NCBI GenBank assembly: GCA_964588195.1
Contig: CAZPOL010000008.1
Coordinates: 9,801 to 73,800, forward strand
Source of the DNA: an uncultured Pirellulaceae bacterium
GTDB lineage: Bacteria; Planctomycetota; Planctomycetia; Pirellulales; Pirellulaceae
Length of the DNA: 64,000 nt
Direction of reading: 5' to 3'
Part shown: in pieces, positions 12,801 through 18,719 of the stretch
Numbering within the stretch: the stretch's first letter is position 1
How the letters are laid out: every line of letters starts with the position of its first letter
Position numbers and translations under genes: made by a program
The notes under the pieces: model-generated
Database searches by the model: none
Told to the model about the DNA's origin: nothing
The model's input: the letters and a program-made list of their open reading frames with translations, nothing else

Positions 12801-12840
12801 ACGATATTCTAAATTATCAACAAAGTTTAAAGGAAAATAG
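3811..12840 (+). CDS. giant (3,009 aa) secreted TPR / alpha-helical repeat protein
   Basis: Single uninterrupted ORF. The ATG at 3811 gives a signal peptide MSVRKCLATTLVFLFLFPALVIAQQ. The first ~1,000 aa and the last ~120 aa are TPR-like, for example ALEQFRLALEKDPGNAATLYEKAAIE, KAINVWKELIAANPQD and AAECFQKALAG. The central region is helical and carries no motif I can name. A 4-Cys cluster lies near the C-terminus. Confidence 0.85.
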   Translation: MSVRKCLATTLVFLFLFPALVIAQQDAPLEKSLKYHKALQRRPVPGYLFDRFFNSWLDVSSLDEMETFLRDEAEKSGAANDQLLLAFFFAKQGEEVNALEQFRLALEKDPGNAATLYEKAAIEARTLDFETALNDLTQAAASNPKPEEAIKIAQLQGKLYVRNRENDKAINVWKELIAANPQDAGLMEDVIELQITEGLFDEASELSDQLIAMTTDPYQKVMRRLRKGDIFQRGGKREKALEVYGESLKQVGADTWLEREILGQIEQLFRREDDLIGLNDHYKKLLEAESNRISIRKSVASLKFELGQIDESVKAFEEIIKLTPGDRPNREAFINLLSRAEKSAEAVKQTESLIKQYPEDAELQIKLAELSFKADDMAKVDASIDTFIKVSGENEYAFLRAARLLERFKKQEKAEAIYQRAVAAFPESDSANESLAAFLYKHEKKAEAIAIWTKLVEGADRSRLVRIARVVSTQQEHQAAFDLLNQRYEDFKLDSIFLGQLCTEAIALKKFKEAIPWATSRVRLSRTVGDLDSALGQAVQAISSANQIENQVRELQAAEKPNVPMTCLLAELMERNNEGLKAEQVLSDALASNERAANDANEENVQVQMLWRQKVRVFKNRQDWLAAAKATEQMIGLAGGRKSVNIREAVQLFVRASENESALNWIEEWKKVSPGSVTPWLNHAQVNDQMGQYKQAIQVLRSATQKFPKDPDLFGQLAQRYISNGQFNDAMRIYWRQYEESEKLSDKLRWSDRLANLSDDTGKMDELIARFQERKNNNPNSIEPLLAMAQAHRVADNYEERRMSLLEATRIQKDNLPLLMEIARLEESEGNWEKAIQTLEKASEIDKTTRSRQQIARLYIQYGESQEGFARLLEIAGGENSSARDVESIAVAIIDAQEWEQAREFLLTQVSRFEDDYRLRFLLAVTNYELDLIPAAQAELLKLVNVETELTGVQNPTSTSRHGGIPAYIENQMRGLKQILPSGAARIFELNWVTDSSPFGSREPFFSGSLASWLPNRADVCQTMAISGLMELREKLDDEEQELLKQQLKDNGIGNVDILFLADERLLHGGDTSVLADEYPDDEVALAISLFSMIDDDESDPEYAAKGYQVFKATYPELAFLAALQAASKDKSHAKALSEALQQIREIGEPNSLLISAIAQIVGLASQDMVENQLTKEHTAQLNELLVEWYPQVQSDPDASWVFELIHNALMADESADRLVNFMDEQVVIAAKNKSNSSASFGIYRYRYSSRSAMVLMPTFPPEQLIEFPEQVYKTLGMSNSRDEFDPFGSEDEDPVEWAEKFGGSVDKAKDPILRFLIQVKLAMADPMEMDKPVEQQLVEGRKTLTEVLGSERPNADAYYLAACLAAGQQRFADASNLFEKMRNLPLNREVRQRIDGHLIAIATQGLVTDLQAKENESIFLSAKSAALRLRRGRLNQEERQNLLSVFETLGLENEAEKMEEKIAQSQGARNFSGRVAPMTSPTERIAELVDAGNTEAAVKLLTQNFRSLSRSAVALNTLTDGSYELREFVNQVKQLGVKDEFLAQVAANESNSRMIALANELFGNSAEAIAGYRQSLQENEKQEGVRFRLLMLEITEDADALAKHFPKFQKRSQNTVGTMLFSRVSGQQPTADRTLEIVDQICSYLDSADVENADFTWLDYAIGILSTQVAIDSRRGGYLRSAYLLIDEDKEKPDEDESKVEKELRERIELLTEKRNRLHDELARKMIDIPSVSSTGFTALLASHEAKRAEVGEEFVQYAMTALQPVKKTVGSRGSASMMQRRIVSSRGFYSGSNSKVARKRSPIQFLARYYGTSEADSDADVEKLVNQLTEWKAKEKVEELEMIYELYKASPEQFVSVAKQLIEKGNSRRSSFAGTKYARIVEIWADRQAPCDLTVVLIEETDSKPGRSGDGDRNSAVVSYISWLAENEKLTEAADFLTQYRTSLIGDLDEAVELLEASQNSNSGRGVSRGSRKTLEKVRNYERLIRQLMSEKATVLLAVKEAQRLNSEIAFNNFGYEFPRFFSEFGSQDVEQAIAWLGQIDVLKEFSEFDGIVIGQESAESKWASALLRLNDYSDSEIREALVEHYKQQTDKTFGEKLLVMACNGDLRSAANVYGLLGESLEEFEALSQEKQFEMAKMVGHLVGSGFEFRPRSESVSLEGNAATAKRLVSNLLGSSASANVEKILDAKRLSDLGIDEYEFNDWANEVVKSMDKSDPEKVAQVFAKTIKLSNREDRFFSEYVSDSLIDMAISGAEFDSFKIVLLLMSNAEFKQITISETAEQTLIALLQKQLAKQHELQDENANGKNRLLAFDAVYQELGDKVGQQDISCLFPMMHKWLNESEAAELERLQELMALESKDGKYKQIATTWWIASAAALEVSRAREATEESDSEDTVKVRPRRTEMFAYEARLLPILQDESLTMPWRLTIVEHLAKNATLPAEVVWECVDLATKANKQGARVSDLLTGSLFAAMQDFEQDEKFASRVESFGKSWLAAYAKSRNGYSYGGSVQSRMIESAVRVFAKSDNRILVNQVLRNFAERTKNRSTIAVLVESGFHPEARKLLLEKLKGRSSNGQSRMVEEFGDDEGSYTRELEKATPAFVELFAEPGLKLLVEAWLADLADLDDKSKATDTKRADRLSALASRYPTTEFRSKSQQDMTLILLAGSPGSATHIAEPLEKLAGKLQATDLWDSDSGVLANNCQLLSAHIVTQIQLNNFQPLITVLKEFSAVEKDENDWYFESAQRQLLGQIDEPLSELVSSSSPEELVELLPMFRGVYDPAHDVGLSQEVNLLAHLLAGKTDELVNQYAEFNKDKEEDGRRRVSLDPDSLWPKIVEHLEATNRLDQKDERLKVVKEVWQISCAIGLDCGSGHFQEGIQESCAGCRDGKFGLDAIKEAGLMSGQELAEHAAALAEMGSVDGEIWRQLGKEHLELEQLEQAAECFQKALAGSTEEMDQAKTNRKIEYAFVLDQLERGEECKKLLEDIDGSLLLGDNIKRYSKLSTKFKGK

Positions 12841-12850
12841 ATCATAATGT

Positions 12851-12925
12851 CCCCGTAGGTTGGGCACTCCTGCCCGACTACATGGTGGATCAATGGGGAC
12901 GGGCAAGAGTGCCCATCCTACGTTG
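12851..12925. repeat. nested palindromic (REP-like) element in the intergenic region
   Basis: Arms cgtaggttgggcactcctgcccg (12854-12876) and cgggcaagagtgcccatcctacg (12900-12922) are reverse complements at 21 of 23 positions. Each arm also contains its own 5-bp mini-hairpin (gggca-NNNN-tgccc). Confidence 0.6.
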
Positions 12926-13033
12926 GTCGACGGTGGCATGGAAACGTGAAATTTGAACTCGTTAACGATATGGATTCCAACCGATTCATAATTGTATCCA
13001 CACATTCCTTTCACATGGATTACAGGAATAACA

Positions 13034-14824
13034 ATGAGTAGTGACTCGAACATCAAAGCTGGCCACCCTTCGAATGCTCCTGAAGCAACAGGCGAGAATA
13101 AGGTCGAGGGTTTTGTCCGTCAGGTCGGCAAACGTTTGGATTCACATCGATCATGGAACCTGACTTTCTGGACCGCTTGTATTGCGGGTGGAATCATGTC
13201 TTTGATCGCACTGGCTTATGTTTGGCCAGGTTATCAGGTTCCCAAAATGTTGTACGCCGTTGTGTTCGGCGTCGCGGCGTTATTCGCATTCGGGGCTTGG
13301 GCGTTTGTCCGCACTTCGGATGAAAAGGCTGCGAGTTTTACCGACAGATTCTTTGGTCTGAAAAACGCAGTGCTTTCCTGTTTGAATTTCACCAAGCAAG
13401 GCAAGGCCGGCGGGTTTTACGATTTGCAATCAAAGCAAACCGGAGAATTGGTTGCCGATGCATCGATCGAAAAACTTCAATACAAACCACCGTACCGTGT
13501 CATTATGTTGGCAGTCCTGTTTTTGGGAATTTCGGTTTCACTCGGTTTCAAAGGTCCCAGCCCGGCGGTCGTGGAAAGAGAACGCGTCGCGGCGGCGACG
13601 GAAGAGATGACCGAAGTTGCGAACAAGGAATTGAAAGACCTGGTCGAAGAGCTGGCGTTGGCGGTCGAGGACGATGAGGAGCGCAAGTTGCTGGAGCCAG
13701 ACAAGCTCCGCAAGTGGGTCGACGAATTGGAACAGACGGACGATCGCCAGGAAGCACTCCGCCAATATGCACGCCTGGAATTGAAACTGAATCGCGCCGC
13801 GGAGATGCTCAATCAGCGGAAAGACGAAAAGCTGCTAAACACGGTCGCGGAAGAACTGAATAAAGACCAGGCGTCCAAAGAACTAGCCAAGAAACTGAAA
13901 CAAAAAAAATACGAGTTGGCTGCCAAAGATCTGAAGGACATGAAGCCGGGCAACCTGAATGAAGAAGACCTCAAGAAATTGTCCGAGCGACGAAAGGAAT
14001 TGGCGAAACTGAAAGCCGTCGCTAACCGGATGGCCGACGCCGTGCGAAACACTCAGCAAGCCGGCAAGAAGCAAACCGGGAACTCAAAAAAGTCGGCTTC
14101 CGAAAAGTCGTCAGACGCCAAGATGGCCGAGTCCCGTAACGGAAAAACCAACTCGTCCAATTCTGAATCCGAATCGGAAGGCGAACCGTCAGACGCCGAT
14201 CAGAACGAGCTGGAGTCGATGATCGAAGAGCTTGAGGATGCCATCGAGGAATTGGACGAGGCGCTTGAGATGGCCGAGCTTGAAGAGAGCGACGGTGACG
14301 AACAGGATCTTGAAGAGTGCGAGGACTGCGAAGAATGCGATGCGGCGACCAGGGCAGAGCTTGATGAACTCGCTAAAAAGCTGACCAAAATGGCTCGCAA
14401 ACGCAAGGCACGCATGAAGCTGAAACAGCTCAGCCAGAAATGTTCGCAATGCCAGTCGCTCGGTTCCGCTCGCGGTAAAGCCAAGGGCCCAGGTGGGAAG
14501 GAAGCCGGCGAGGGGTCTGATGACTCCTCACGCGATCAACGCGACGAAAACATCAACAACGATCAGTACACCAAGTTGAAAGGGATCAAGGGTAACGGTC
14601 CTTCGCTGACGAAAATTGAATCGGCAAACGACGGGACTGGTACCAGTAACCTGAGCCGGGAGGCCAGGAATCGCGAATTCAAACGTCAGTTCGAATCGTT
14701 CGTGGGCCGTGAAGATGTGCCTGAAGATTTGAAGGCTGGTGTCAAGAATTACTTTACGAATATTCATCAGTCTGATTCCGACGACGATTCTTCCGACAAG
14801 GATGATGGCTCGGGCGAACAGTAG
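13034..14824 (+). CDS. membrane-anchored acidic coiled-coil protein, unknown family (first gene of Bat-like operon)
   Basis: Three hydrophobic segments lie in the first ~190 aa. About 400 aa of K/E-rich heptad-like sequence follows. Hyper-acidic block ...EELEDAIEELDEALEMAELEESDGDEQDLEECEDCEECD. D/S-rich tail. I chose the ATG at 13034 (MSSDSN...). The longest ORF starts at 12992. Confidence 0.7.
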   Translation: MSSDSNIKAGHPSNAPEATGENKVEGFVRQVGKRLDSHRSWNLTFWTACIAGGIMSLIALAYVWPGYQVPKMLYAVVFGVAALFAFGAWAFVRTSDEKAASFTDRFFGLKNAVLSCLNFTKQGKAGGFYDLQSKQTGELVADASIEKLQYKPPYRVIMLAVLFLGISVSLGFKGPSPAVVERERVAAATEEMTEVANKELKDLVEELALAVEDDEERKLLEPDKLRKWVDELEQTDDRQEALRQYARLELKLNRAAEMLNQRKDEKLLNTVAEELNKDQASKELAKKLKQKKYELAAKDLKDMKPGNLNEEDLKKLSERRKELAKLKAVANRMADAVRNTQQAGKKQTGNSKKSASEKSSDAKMAESRNGKTNSSNSESESEGEPSDADQNELESMIEELEDAIEELDEALEMAELEESDGDEQDLEECEDCEECDAATRAELDELAKKLTKMARKRKARMKLKQLSQKCSQCQSLGSARGKAKGPGGKEAGEGSDDSSRDQRDENINNDQYTKLKGIKGNGPSLTKIESANDGTGTSNLSREARNREFKRQFESFVGREDVPEDLKAGVKNYFTNIHQSDSDDDSSDKDDGSGEQ

Positions 14825-14925
14825 CCTGGATTTCGTTCACGGAGTCCGGCGAGTTATTTTTGAACGGTCCGATTCCAGAATAAGCAATTTCATTTCGAAA
14901 GACTTACCACCGGAGTCCGTTCAGC

Positions 14926-15921
14926 GTGACATCAACATCGACGACCAGGACTGAAGACGAAGCGGCGGAGTTTGTAAACAAGTTCAACCTGATCCGCGCC
15001 GAGGTCGGGAAATTCATCGTTGGCCAGGAACAGATCGTCGAAGACGTTTTGATCGCGATCGTATGTGGCGGGCATGCCTTGCTGGAGGGCGTCCCGGGGC
15101 TCGGTAAGACGGCGCTGGTCAACACGATCAGCCAGGCTCTGGACCTGAAGTTCCGACGCATTCAATTCACACCGGACTTGTTGCCTGCCGATATCGTGGG
15201 CACACAGATCCTGATCGACCGTGCCGGGTCGAAACAACTGGAATTTCAACCCGGACCGGTGTTCTGCAATATTTTGCTGGCCGATGAAATTAACCGGGCC
15301 ACACCGAAGACTCAATCCGCGTTGTTGGAAACGATGCAGGAAAAATCGGTTACCGTGGCCGGGCAAACGCACAAGCTGGACCTGCCGTTTTTCACTCTGG
15401 CGACTCAAAACCCAATCGAGCAAGACGGTACCTTCCCGTTGCCGGAAGCCCAATTGGACCGGTTCTTCTTCAAGTTGTTTGTGGAATTGCCAAGTCATGA
15501 TGAGTTCTCGGAAATTCTGAATCGCACTGGCGGTAATGCGACTCCGGAAGTCAACGCGGTGGCAACGGGTGACGACATCAATGCGATGGGACAACTGCTG
15601 CGTCAGGTTCCGATCGATCAAAAGGTTCAGGAGCATCTGGTGAAGGTCGTGCGGGCAACGCATCCCAATGACCCCAATGCATCGGACGAGGTCAAGCGTT
15701 ATGTGCGGTACGGATCTTCGCCACGCGGTGCTCAGGCGATTCTTTCGGCGGCCCGGGCACGTGCACTGTTGGAGGGTCGGTTCCATGTTGCCAATGAAGA
15801 CATTAATCGAATGGCTTTGCCGGCGTTGCGACACCGCGTGATGCTCAGTTTTGAAGGCGAGGCCGAAGGCATGAGCACGGATACGATTGTCAAAAGCTTG
15901 ATTGAAAAGCTGACCTCCTGA
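14926..15921 (+). CDS. moxR: MoxR-family AAA+ ATPase
   Basis: Walker A GVPGLGKT and Walker B ILLADEINRATPKTQSALLE. TQNPIEQDGTFPLPEAQLDRF and SPRGAQAIL blocks are typical of MoxR/RavA-like ATPases. The start is GTG. Confidence 0.93.
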   Translation: MTSTSTTRTEDEAAEFVNKFNLIRAEVGKFIVGQEQIVEDVLIAIVCGGHALLEGVPGLGKTALVNTISQALDLKFRRIQFTPDLLPADIVGTQILIDRAGSKQLEFQPGPVFCNILLADEINRATPKTQSALLETMQEKSVTVAGQTHKLDLPFFTLATQNPIEQDGTFPLPEAQLDRFFFKLFVELPSHDEFSEILNRTGGNATPEVNAVATGDDINAMGQLLRQVPIDQKVQEHLVKVVRATHPNDPNASDEVKRYVRYGSSPRGAQAILSAARARALLEGRFHVANEDINRMALPALRHRVMLSFEGEAEGMSTDTIVKSLIEKLTS

Positions 15922-16002
15922 AAGTAACGCTTCCTCAGGTCGAAAGCTGATTGTTTTTGTGTTCCCCGAAAATATTGCTTAGCCGCCAGCGAATCCCCTT
16001 TC

Positions 16003-16866
16003 ATGCTGACTGATTCCTCGTTTATCCGCCGACTCGATTCGCTGTACCTGCTGGCCCGCAAGGTGCTTAACGGTTCGTTGCAGGCTGATCGCAAGAGTAC
16101 AAAAAAAGGAACCGGCATCACCTTTGCCGATTACGCCGAGTACTATCTGGGGGCAGATTATCGATCGATCGATTGGCGAGTCTTCGCCAGGTTCGAATCT
16201 TTGGTGATCAAGTTGTTTGAGGTCGAAGAGGACGCCACGATTTACGTCTTGTTGGACCAGAGTCGGTCGATGGCGACGAAGTTCGATTATTCCAAACAGA
16301 TCGCTGCGGCGTTGGGATACATCGGTTTGAACTGTCTTGATCGGTTGGCGGTGTATGGCCTGGGTGATTCACTGACTCCGATTCTGGAGCCTTGCCGCGG
16401 TCGTGGCAGTGTGATGCCGCTGTTGCAGGGGCTGGAAGATGTCTCGACGATCGAAGGCGACACGCGATTCAATACCTGTGCCCGACTGTTTCAGGCCCGA
16501 CATCAACGCAAAGCCGTGGTCATTGTGATCTCTGATTTTCTGTTCCCGGAAGGTTTCGACGACGGACTCAGTTATCTGCAGTGGCACAAACACGACGTCT
16601 ACTGTCTGCACATTCAGAATGAAGACGATACTCGCTGTACGTTGAAGGGGGATGTGGAGCTGCAATGTGTGGAAACCGGGCAGCGACGCCGCGTTACGAT
16701 TTCGCCGAGAGAAGCGGCGCTATACGAATCTGCGGTTGCCGATTGGAATGAGAAATTGATCAAGAGCTGCGGTAAACGCGGCATCGGGTTGGCCTCGACG
16801 ACTCCTGAGATCGCCTTTGAGCGAGTGATTCAGGATATCTTGCGGCGGGGAGGGTTGGTCGCTTGA
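16003..16866 (+). CDS. DUF58 domain protein (MoxR partner)
   Basis: GITFADYAEYYLGADYRSIDWRVFARFESLVIKLFEVEED...VLLDQSRSM is the canonical DUF58 core with a degenerate VWA-like motif. It sits immediately downstream of moxR, as in Bat operons. Confidence 0.9.
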   Translation: MLTDSSFIRRLDSLYLLARKVLNGSLQADRKSTKKGTGITFADYAEYYLGADYRSIDWRVFARFESLVIKLFEVEEDATIYVLLDQSRSMATKFDYSKQIAAALGYIGLNCLDRLAVYGLGDSLTPILEPCRGRGSVMPLLQGLEDVSTIEGDTRFNTCARLFQARHQRKAVVIVISDFLFPEGFDDGLSYLQWHKHDVYCLHIQNEDDTRCTLKGDVELQCVETGQRRRVTISPREAALYESAVADWNEKLIKSCGKRGIGLASTTPEIAFERVIQDILRRGGLVA

Positions 16867-18719
16867 GTTTTGCCAGTCCTGTTTTCTTTTGGGCACTTGT
16901 AAGTCTATTGCCCCTGATCGCCATTTACTTGTTGAAGGTAAAGCCGACTCTGAAACCGACGACCGCGTTTTTTCTTTGGGAGGACATCTTCCAGGAAAAG
17001 AAGGCGACGTCATTGTTTCAGCGTTTTCGTGATTTGCTGAGTCTGTTGATGATGATGTTGGCGTTTCTGGCGATCGTGTTTGCGCTGGTGCGTCCCGATC
17101 TTTCCGGCGACAACCAGAAGGACCTTGTGTTGTTGATCGACAACAGCGCGTCGATGAATGCGATCGATGGTGGATCGTCCAGGTTGGAGCAAGCCAAGAC
17201 GGTTGCCCGTCAAATTGTGCGCGGCCTGAATGGGACGCAACGATGTAGCGTCGCCACGGTGTCGAATGAGTCCGCGTTTCTGTCGAACCTGACCGATAAC
17301 CCACGCGAGTTGCTGGACGCCATTGCCAGTATTCAACCGGGGCTGCTGACTTCTGAAATCGATGTGCTGCAGCAGTTCCGCAAACGAGACAGTCAGGAAG
17401 ACGGTGCCGCGGAATTGGAATCGGAAGAATCGTCCGTGACCGATCGGCTCTCACTGGATTCGCATCGTGTGATCTTGATTTCTGATGGCTGCCTGGGAGC
17501 GCCGGTGCCTGAGGAATTGGAGTTGATCAAGGTCGGGACATCGAATCCGGGTAACGTGGGAATCGTGGCTTGTGACATGCTGCGGCTGCCCGGTGGACGG
17601 AACCGGGTTGGCGTATTTTTTCAAATCAATTCAACCTTCGATAAACAAGTCTCAGCCGAGATATTGCTGAGTCACGGCACGCAGGACAATCTGGTCAAGT
17701 TGATTCCGTTGGAGCTGGTTCCAGGTGAGAACCCGGCGGAAGTGTTTGAACTGGAAGATACGCCCGAAGGAAAATGGTTCTTGCAGTTGCAGATCGCCGA
17801 CGAAACCGATGCTCTGGCGGACGATGACCAGGCGTTTATGGTACTGCCACCACGCCGCCCTATTCCAATTGCGGTCGTCGCGGAAGATCGCTTCTTCTAC
17901 GAGAACAGTGTTTTGGCTTTTTCACGTAACGACGGATTGCTGACGCTGGTTCCACAACAAGAAAAGCCCTCGCCGCAATTGTTGATCGGTGCCGGGATCT
18001 TTGCCGTTGCAGATGATTCGACCAGTGACTTGTTGGTGTTTCAGCCCCAGGGTGAATCGGTTTGGTGGTCGCAGGTTGGCGAGGAAATCGAGGTGGCGCT
18101 GCCACGCACGCTCAATGAGAATCATCCGGTGGTGCGGCATCTGGATCCCACGTTGATTCCGTTTGTCGGTGCCAGACGTTTGACGGCGCCCCAGGGAGCA
18201 GAGGTTTGGGTTGAGGCCGAGGATGGCACGCCGTTGATCTATCGAGCCACCAATGCGGGTAGGTCCGCGATTATCGTGAACCTGGATCCACTGGCGTCCG
18301 ATTTTTATTTTAGTGCCTGGTTTCCTGTGTTGGTTTATTCATCAGCTGTTCATCTGGCGGGCCGCTCGGAAGTTGTCAGTGCCAGTTATCCGACCGGTCA
18401 TTTCGCCAGGATCCCCGGTGTGCAGAGCGGCCAGAAGACGACGGTGACTCGACCGGATGAAACTCAATACGAAACCACCGAAACGTTTTTGAGTTCGCTA
18501 AGCCAGGCTGGTTTCTATCAGCTGAACAGCAGCGGTGGCGATTGGCAATTTGCCAGCAGCCTGTTGTCCACCACGGAAACCCAAATCGACAACTCGGAAG
18601 TTGAGGCCAGCAGTCAACCGGTTAACCGCGGATTCTCTCCGGCGATATGGCTGACGATCCTGGCGATCCTGGTCGTGGTGGCGGAATCAATACTCTATCA
18701 AAGACGAAAGGTCGGTTGA
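16863..18719 (+). CDS. BatA-like VWA protein with N-terminal double-transmembrane domain
   Basis: N-terminus FASPVFFWALVSLLPLIAIYLLKVKP plus a second TM resembles the BatA N-terminal domain. MIDAS motif LVLLIDNSASMNA. C-terminal TM (AIWLTILAILVVVAESILY). The TTG start overlaps the upstream stop (TTGA). Confidence 0.85.
   Translation: MSFASPVFFWALVSLLPLIAIYLLKVKPTLKPTTAFFLWEDIFQEKKATSLFQRFRDLLSLLMMMLAFLAIVFALVRPDLSGDNQKDLVLLIDNSASMNAIDGGSSRLEQAKTVARQIVRGLNGTQRCSVATVSNESAFLSNLTDNPRELLDAIASIQPGLLTSEIDVLQQFRKRDSQEDGAAELESEESSVTDRLSLDSHRVILISDGCLGAPVPEELELIKVGTSNPGNVGIVACDMLRLPGGRNRVGVFFQINSTFDKQVSAEILLSHGTQDNLVKLIPLELVPGENPAEVFELEDTPEGKWFLQLQIADETDALADDDQAFMVLPPRRPIPIAVVAEDRFFYENSVLAFSRNDGLLTLVPQQEKPSPQLLIGAGIFAVADDSTSDLLVFQPQGESVWWSQVGEEIEVALPRTLNENHPVVRHLDPTLIPFVGARRLTAPQGAEVWVEAEDGTPLIYRATNAGRSAIIVNLDPLASDFYFSAWFPVLVYSSAVHLAGRSEVVSASYPTGHFARIPGVQSGQKTTVTRPDETQYETTETFLSSLSQAGFYQLNSSGGDWQFASSLLSTTETQIDNSEVEASSQPVNRGFSPAIWLTILAILVVVAESILYQRRKVG

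Noticed and set aside
12817-13056. 79-aa minus-strand ORF spanning the palindromic element (contains VGWALLPVP...SRAGVPNLRG).
   Set aside because: It is translated largely from the inverted repeat itself, a typical artefact of REP-like palindromes. It also overlaps the start region of the next plus-strand gene.
14932-15834. 300-aa ORF antisense to moxR. Similar long antisense or shadow ORFs occur at 29613-30722 and 30927-31985 (opposite sucA), 35371-36279 (opposite pntB), 16720-17454, 19238-20068, 22379-23116, 59907-60605 and 62781-63527.
   Set aside because: Each lies entirely inside, and opposite to, a gene with strong family motifs. Their translations are R/P/S/H-rich low-complexity sequence typical of non-coding frames in moderately GC-rich DNA. 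No independent start context or motif supports them.
18647-18718. Upstream extension of the 860-aa VWA ORF (start at 18647).
   Set aside because: It would overlap the preceding gene by 73 nt and add a non-hydrophobic leader. The ATG at 18719 overlaps the upstream TGA (coupling) and yields an N-terminus that begins directly with the membrane segment.
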